The translations under genes were made by a program, and so were the position numbers. Positions 57,420 through 64,000 of a DNA stretch of 64,000 bases are shown one piece after another (positions within the stretch are counted from its first letter, which is position 1; every line of letters begins with the position of its first letter). The notes below the pieces were generated by a model. The model was not told where the DNA came from. It searched no databases and saw nothing but the letters and a program-made list of their open reading frames with translations. The stretch comes from Macrostomum lignano (Eukaryota): the NCBI GenBank assembly GCA_002269645.1, contig NIVC01000540.1:62001-126000 (forward strand), given 5' to 3'.

Positions 57420-58690
57420 TTAGAATTGCTCAGCGGGTCTCAGACTCAATAGGGAATTGCTCAGCCGCCTCAGACTCAATGGGGAATTGCTCAGCCGGTC
57501 TCAGACTCAATAGGGAATTGCTCAGCCGCCTCAGACTCAATGGGGAATTGCTCAGCCGGTCTCAGACTCAATAGGGAATTGCTCAGCCGCCTCAGACTCA
57601 ATAGGGAATTGCTCAGCCGCCTCAGACTCAATGGGGAATTGCTCAGCCGGTCTCAGACTCAATAGGGAATTGCTCAGCCGGTCTCAGACTCAATAGGGAA
57701 TTGCTCAGCCGCCTCAGACTCAATGGGGAATTGCTCAGCCGGTCTCAGACTCAATAGGGAATTGCTCAGCCGGTCTCAGACTCAATAGGGAATTGCTCAG
57801 CCGCCTCAGACTCAATGGGGAATTGCTCAGCCGGTCTCAGACTCAATAGGGAATTGCTCAGCCTGCCTCAGACTCAATGGCGAATTGCTCAGCCGGTCTC
57901 AGACTCAATGGGGAATTGCTCAGCCGCCTCAGACTCAATGGGGAATTGCTCAGCCGGTCTCAGACTCAATAGGGAATTGCTCAGCCGGTCTCAGACTCAA
58001 TAGGGAATTGCTCAGCCGCCTCAGACTCAATGGGGAATTGCTCAGCCGGTCTCAGACTCAATAGGGAATTGCTCAGCCTGCCTCAGACTCAATGGCGAAT
58101 TGCTCAGCCGGTCTCAGACTCAATGGGGAATTGCTCAACCGGTCTCAGACTCAATAGGGAATTGCTCAACCGGTCTCAGACTCAATAGGGAATTGCTCAG
58201 CCGGTCTCAGACTCAATGGCGAATTGCTCAGCCGGTCTCAGACTCAATGGCGAATTGCTCAGCCGGTCTCAGACTCAATAGGGAATTGCTCAACCGGTCT
58301 CAGACTCAATAGGGAATTGCTCAGCCGGTCTCAGACTCAATGGGGAATTGCTCAGCCGGTCTCAGACTCAATGGGGAATTGCTCAACCGGTCTCAGACTC
58401 AATGGGGAATTGCTCAGCCGGTCTCAGACTCAATGGGAAATTGCTCAACTCAACCGGTCTCAGACTCAATAGGGAATTGCTCAGCCTGCCTCAGACTCAA
58501 TAGGGAATTGCTCAGCCGCCTCAGACTCAATAGGGAATTGCTCAACCGGTCTCAGACTCAATGGGGAATTGCTCAGCCGGTCTCAGACTCAATGGGGAAT
58601 TGCTCAGCCGCCTCAGACTCAATAGGGAATTGCTCAGCCTGCCTCAGACTCAATGGGGAATTGCTCAGCCGGTCTCAGACTCAATGGATG
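57420..58690. repeat. 30-31 bp minisatellite (GGGAATTGCTCAGCCGGTCTCAGACTCAATA), ~40 units
   Basis: Tandem copies. Confidence 0.93.
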
Positions 58691-59569
58691 TTGCTAATAT
58701 GAGCTCATTATGATGTCGAGTTAACTCCATGGCATGCAGGTGAGAACAGCCTTGATAGAGGCTTAAAATTTAAGTTAGGAATAAAAAGAGGCAGTCATTA
58801 AATTTGAGCCATAATCAAAGCTGATTTTGATTAAAACAAAATTATTATTATTTGTTTTTGAGCTCATAACACGACTGGATTTTGAGCACAGAATAAAAAT
58901 ATATTAGTAATTAAAGAATAGCAATTTGACTTTTTAGGGTCTAAAATAATCAGCATCTCAACCGCAACGCTGATAGGCACATTGTTTAGATGTATAGACA
59001 CAACGATCGGGAACTGTTCCAAAATAGGATTCAACTTAAAACAAGAGCAGAGGCTACAGATAGAATTATGCAACAGATGCGTATCACGCTACTAATAAGT
59101 AGGAGAGACGTAATTGCGCTAGCCGAAATTGAAGATTTTAGCCTAGGCAAGAGCTTTATATTAATAATGTGCACGATTGTATGGCTTTCTTTCAAAATTT
59201 CAAAAGTATTTGAAAACAAAAAAATATAAGAAGTGGAAATCTGTAACACTGCTCAACAAGATTTTTATTTATAACTAATAGACAGACAGATAAATCGAGC
59301 GATGGGGACATTATAGAATTAGAAAATAACTAAGCTATGCAAATAAAAATAGTAGACCGATTTTTGGATTAAATTTTGGCAGCAGCCATGACGTCAGAGC
59401 CAGTACTGTCGGTAAGAGGGAGGCTCGTTAGTCTATGGCCAAGTGTAGTGCTAGTCATCAACAGTTCGTGTTGCAACGTTGCTGAGACAAAAATATTAGT
59501 GGCCATCTATTTCGCTGAGTTCAAGAACATGCTGTCTCCATGACCACATTGCTAGGGCAACAAACATTA

Positions 59570-59830
59570 GTTGCTATGTCCGTTGCTAAGGCCACAAAAA
59601 TTCTGTTTACATGTCCGTAGCTAAGGCCACAAAAATTATGTTGACATGTCCGTAGCTAGGCCACAAAAATTATGTTGACATGTCCGTAGCTAAGGCTATA
59701 CACAAGAGTTGTTATGTCCATTGCTAACGCTACAAACACTGTTTACATGTCCGTTGCTAAGGCTATAGATACGAGTTGATATGTCCGTTGCTAAGGACAT
59801 CAACAATAGTTGCCAAGCCCGTTGCCAAGG
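59570..59830. repeat. Degenerate repeat (ATGTCCGTTGCTAAGGC core)
   Basis: About 7 diverged copies. Confidence 0.7.
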
Positions 59831-59999
59831 GTAAAATACAGAGTCAATACACGTTACTTAGGTTGCTACACCGCTTGAAAACAATCCAAGAAAATCCAAT
59901 AAAATTTAATTAGTCTAATGAAAACAAAATCGAGCATTGGCTTAACAGATAAAGAAATATCAAATAGGAAACACAAATTCACCAGAATTCAACCTCGGC

Positions 60000-61878
60000 T
60001 CAGGGGGCATAGTCAAACTTGAACACCGTAGCCTGGCTGTACTTCGATCCGGGCGTCAGTAGTGACGACGGAAATTCCGGATGGTTGAGCGAGTCGGGAT
60101 AGAGCTGGGTCTCGAAGCACAGGCCAGCGTGGCGGCTATACTGGCAGCCGCCTTTGCCAGGCACCGAGTCAATGTAATAGCCGGTGTAGAACACCAGCAC
60201 TGGCTGGTCAGTGCGGCAACTCAGCCTCCGGCCGCTGCTCAGCTCCTCGGCAACTCCGGCAGCTGGTGCCGATTCGTCATCAACCGACTGACCAGAGGCC
60301 GAGTCTAACACGTAGATGTGATCAAAATTGATGCCGTCAGACAGTTTGCGGCCGGCGCCGCGAAGGTCGGACGGCGTGCCATCGACGGGCAGTACGCGGC
60401 CAGTGGGCAGCAGCTCGGCGTCCAGTTCGATCAGACGGGAGCTGGCAAGCTGCCAAAAGTGGGGATAGGGTAGACTGGATGATGAGGCTGTTTGGGATTG
60501 GGGAGGTTGGATGGTGAGGCTGGATAATGAGGCTGTTTGGGGATCGGGGAGGCTGGATGATGAGGCTGTTTGGGGATCGGGAGGCTGGATGGTGAGGCTG
60601 TTTGGGGATCGGGGAGGCTAGATGGTGAGGCTGAATAGTGAGGCTGCTTGGGAATAAGGGAGGTTGGATGATGAGGCTGTTTGGGGATTGGAGGCTGGAT
60701 TATGAGGCTGTTAGCGGATTAAAGAGCATGGATGATGAGACAGCATAGGATTCGGGAAGTTAGATGATGAGGATGTTTGAGGGCCGTTTGGGGATTGGGG
60801 ACGCTGGTGATAAGGCTAGCTACATACATGCGCAACCCCAGATTCACACTGGCCGTGCGAATTACTTTTTGACCAAAAATTGGACTTGCCTGTGAAATGA
60901 ACCTAGAGAAAAATTAATGCAATTTTTGGTAAACGGCAGGAGTAACTCGGTGGTCTTATTAAGGCTAAAGGCCTCGTCATCTAATTAGTACTACGTCTAT
61001 TTTTTCGGGCTGGCCTTTTTGCGACTTACCTTGGCTGGGACCCTCGCCAGCCGGCCGGGTGTTGCGCATGTTTGTGAGGCTGTTTGGGATTAAATAGGCT
61101 GAATTGGGAGACAGTTTGAGGATCTGGGAGGCTTGGTGATGAGACTATTTGGTGATGAGGTCTGACGAGCTAGGACTTCTAAAAAGATTGGCGGCTGCTA
61201 ATTCAGTTATCAATAATATTATCAACTAGGCCATCCTTAGGCTTAAGTCCCTCCGCATAAGCGCAGTGAATTCCGAACCTGGACTCGATGATTGGAGACG
61301 TCACCGGACGAGTGGCCAGACAGATTGAAGTAGGCGTGATTAGTGAGGCTCACTGGACACGGTCGGTCGCACTCGGCCGAGTAGTTCAACCGCAGACTGT
61401 TGTCATTAGAAACTGTGTAGGTGACGGTGACGCGCAGGTTGCCAGGGTAGCCATCTTCGCCGTCCTTGCTAAGCAAGCTGAGCGTGACGGAGTCCTCGCC
61501 CAGATTGTCAATGTTCCACACTGCTCTGGTGAGTCCGCGCTCGCCGCCGTGCAGACTGTGCCGACCGTGATTGCGAGTGACGCTAACGGGTTGATCGCCG
61601 CCAGGCAAGCTGAACTGGGCGTCCTTGACTCGGCCTGGCTGGCGTCCAACAACAAAGCCGAAGTAGCACGGACAGCTCTCGTAGCCTTGCACCGTGTCGT
61701 AGCCGAGCACGACGTCGGTTGGGGGGTCGCACGGGTTGCGCGAAGGGCAGTAGAGACTTTGCAGAGCGGCACCATAGGTCAGCACGTGGGCCTCGAAGCC
61801 GCCAGGGCTGCGCAGTACAATCTTTTGAACTTCGCGACCGTCACTTGTACGGCCGAATAGTTCGGACACGGCTACCAT
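60000..61878 (-). CDS. GALM: Aldose 1-epimerase / galactose mutarotase, 2 exons, 349 aa
   Basis: Exons 61279-61878 and 60000-60449, phase-0 GT-AG intron; motifs DVVLGYD, SLHGG, GYPGNL, SLTNHAYFNL, FDH, GLCFETQLYPDSLN. Confidence 0.93.
60470..60800. repeat. Degenerate TGATGAGGCTGTTTGGG minisatellite in GALM intron
   Basis: Tandem diverged copies; core resembles the reverse complement of the 3180-3620 repeat. Confidence 0.7.
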
Positions 61879-62848
61879 TTGTAATGCTTATTAAATGATG
61901 CAGCAGGAAGATGTGGCAAAAAGGTGGAGAGCATTCATCAAATAAAAAGGTAAATTATTGATTGGACAAGGCGGAAAGAAAGACAGATGCCGATTTTTAT
62001 GGATTTAGAGACAGCCTCGGATATACAGAACTAAACATACACGAATACACAATTATCAATGGATAAAAGTACTTCAATAAGGACTTAGCTCATAAAGAAT
62101 TGCTAAACTCTTTGCAGACAAACTTAATTTGTTTCTCAGCTTGGTGACTTAGTTTCCGCTCAGACAAGGCTCTGCATTTTTGAGGCTGTCTTTACAGCAG
62201 ACAAAAATCGCAAGCAGCTCATCAATCACCGCAGTATTCAAATGCGTTGGGAATTCCAGCGACGCAAGGGAATTCAATTTCCTAGGGTAGAAAGTGAAGC
62301 AATCTTATTACGCGGGTGCTAATTTAGAGCCACGTCTGCTTTCGAAGAGTGGACGAAGGATCCGCTCGCATATGTTTCGAATTCTCAAGAGTTGTATGTA
62401 CACTAGCCACTCTGCACATTGCCTCAAAGCGAGACCAAATTTCTGCAAATTCCACTGCCTACACCTGAGCAAGCTTACAAGCAGTTGGGTGCTTATTTAG
62501 GCACACGTACACATAAATATACGCTCGTACATCTGCCCTCGACACTGACACTTGCATCACGAATTTGACTTTCTGTGCCTCAGATCGTGAACAGTACATG
62601 TATACATGAAGAATGTAAACTGTGACCCGTAAAAATTTGGTCTGGCATTCACCCATCAGATTATTCGACATCTCTGAATTTAGTAATGAACTAATTTTTC
62701 ATTGGCTCTCAGTTGAAAGAAAAAAACGTGACAAGTCTCTGGTCTAAGCCAATGATCACACCGCAAAGAGCTTAAGTTTCGCCTCAAAATAGGCTGAGCC
62801 AAATTTCCTAAAATAATTCTCCCTTAGACTGTCACAAAAACAACTAAG

Positions 62849-63915
62849 ATGAATTACACCGGCATTAGCCAAGCAGAGCTGGTTGATCTGTTAATGTTAA
62901 CAGCAGTTTCAGCGGTTGGCACATTCGGTAACTGCCTCGTGATATTCTGCGTGCTAATTCTCAGACGTATGCGCACCGTCACGGCGATTTTTGTTGCCAA
63001 CTTGGCCGGAGCCGGGCTCCTGTTGGCCGGCCTGGTGGCACCAAGCTCAAGCCGGTTGCTGTGGAAACGCTTTGATAATAACGATGCGTCTGAGGACGAT
63101 CAATGGTGTCGAATTTTCGGAGAATTGTTATTTTTTGGTTGCGCGGCTAGCGTCAATATGAGTGCACTGATTGCGGTTGCAAGGTGATGCTCACCATTTT
63201 TTGGACTGCTTTGGACTTGGCTCGTATAATTTCAAATATTTATTTACGTGCACAGATTTATAAACTATTCTAAGGACAAGGATTTACATTAAGAAATGAA
63301 GTGTCTAGCAAATACTAGTAATATTTATCCAACCATGACATTGCAGTACCTAGGGAATTAAAATGAAAAAGCTGCAAGTCTCGAATACCAAGGCACATAC
63401 CAAATAGCTTTAGTGAAAGAAATAACGAAGCGTTATTATAAACTACTCCAATTAAATACGGTGCAAACCAGGTACATTGCCGTGTGCCGACCGCACTTGT
63501 CTGCCTACCTGTTCAGACACTGGCGAGTGACAGGATGGTGTCTCGTCGCCTGGGTCTACACAGCATTACAAGTGGTTGCACCCACCTAGACCGGACTGTT
63601 TCGATATGCTTACAACCCGGCAACAGGTGTGTGTCATCTTAATTACACCAGGCAGCCAATAGCTGTTGCTGTCTACATAAACTGCGCATGCTTCGCGCCA
63701 AGTGCGCTTCTCTGCGCCGTCTCATACGCGCTGATATTTTGCAACCTGCGTCGAGCGCGTCAACGACTGGCAGCTCAGAGCGACGCTGCCGCAGCAGCCC
63801 GGCGACTACGCCGTGAGAGACGCGCAACTCTGCCAATGTTCGCAGCTTTGATGGCCTTCCTGGCTCACTGGCTTCCCGTTATGGTGGCTCTGGCGCTAGA
63901 TCCAGCCTTCGACAG
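62849..63915 (+). pseudogene. Rhodopsin-family (class A) GPCR with in-frame stop; probable pseudogene; continues past the window
   Basis: Exon 62849-63183 (TM1 GNCLVI, TM2 NLAGAG, TM3) spliced in phase 2 to 63472-63915 (ARYIAVC, TM4 W, TAG at 63587-63589, TM5, TM6 HWLP; GTAAAA donor). Confidence 0.72.
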
Positions 63916-64000
63916 GTAAAACAAGCGAATGCGTACTAACCATGCGCTAAATTGAAGTACAAGTGACCAAGCGATTTGTTTGCTCTAATCTCTCTGAATT

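Overview
Intron-rich animal genomic DNA. The GC-rich exons, minisatellite-stuffed introns and TRPM sequence suggest a free-living flatworm such as Macrostomum (inference). Genes reconstructed by hand from splice sites: a 5-exon tetraspanin (-), tRNA-Leu(CAG) (-), a ~27-exon TRPM2-like/TRPM_PZQ-like channel with a C-terminal NUDT9-homology domain (+, ~12.5-45.1 kb), a convergent inverted pair of unannotated secreted Cys-rich prepropeptide genes (50.6-56.0 kb), galactose mutarotase (-), and a rhodopsin-family GPCR with an in-frame stop (+). Mobile elements: a full-length, very young Ty3/Gypsy LTR element inside a ~2.4 kb (GATA)n array that makes up almost a whole TRPM intron; a decayed RNase H-bearing LINE bounded by (TAG)n and interrupted by a piggyBac-like end; a Gypsy 3' fragment; tRNA-derived SINEs; and several MITEs. 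There are more than 20 tandem-repeat arrays, and most long ORFs in the supplied track are translations of them. The best novelty candidates are the Cys-rich peptide pair and the microsatellite-embedded retrotransposon.
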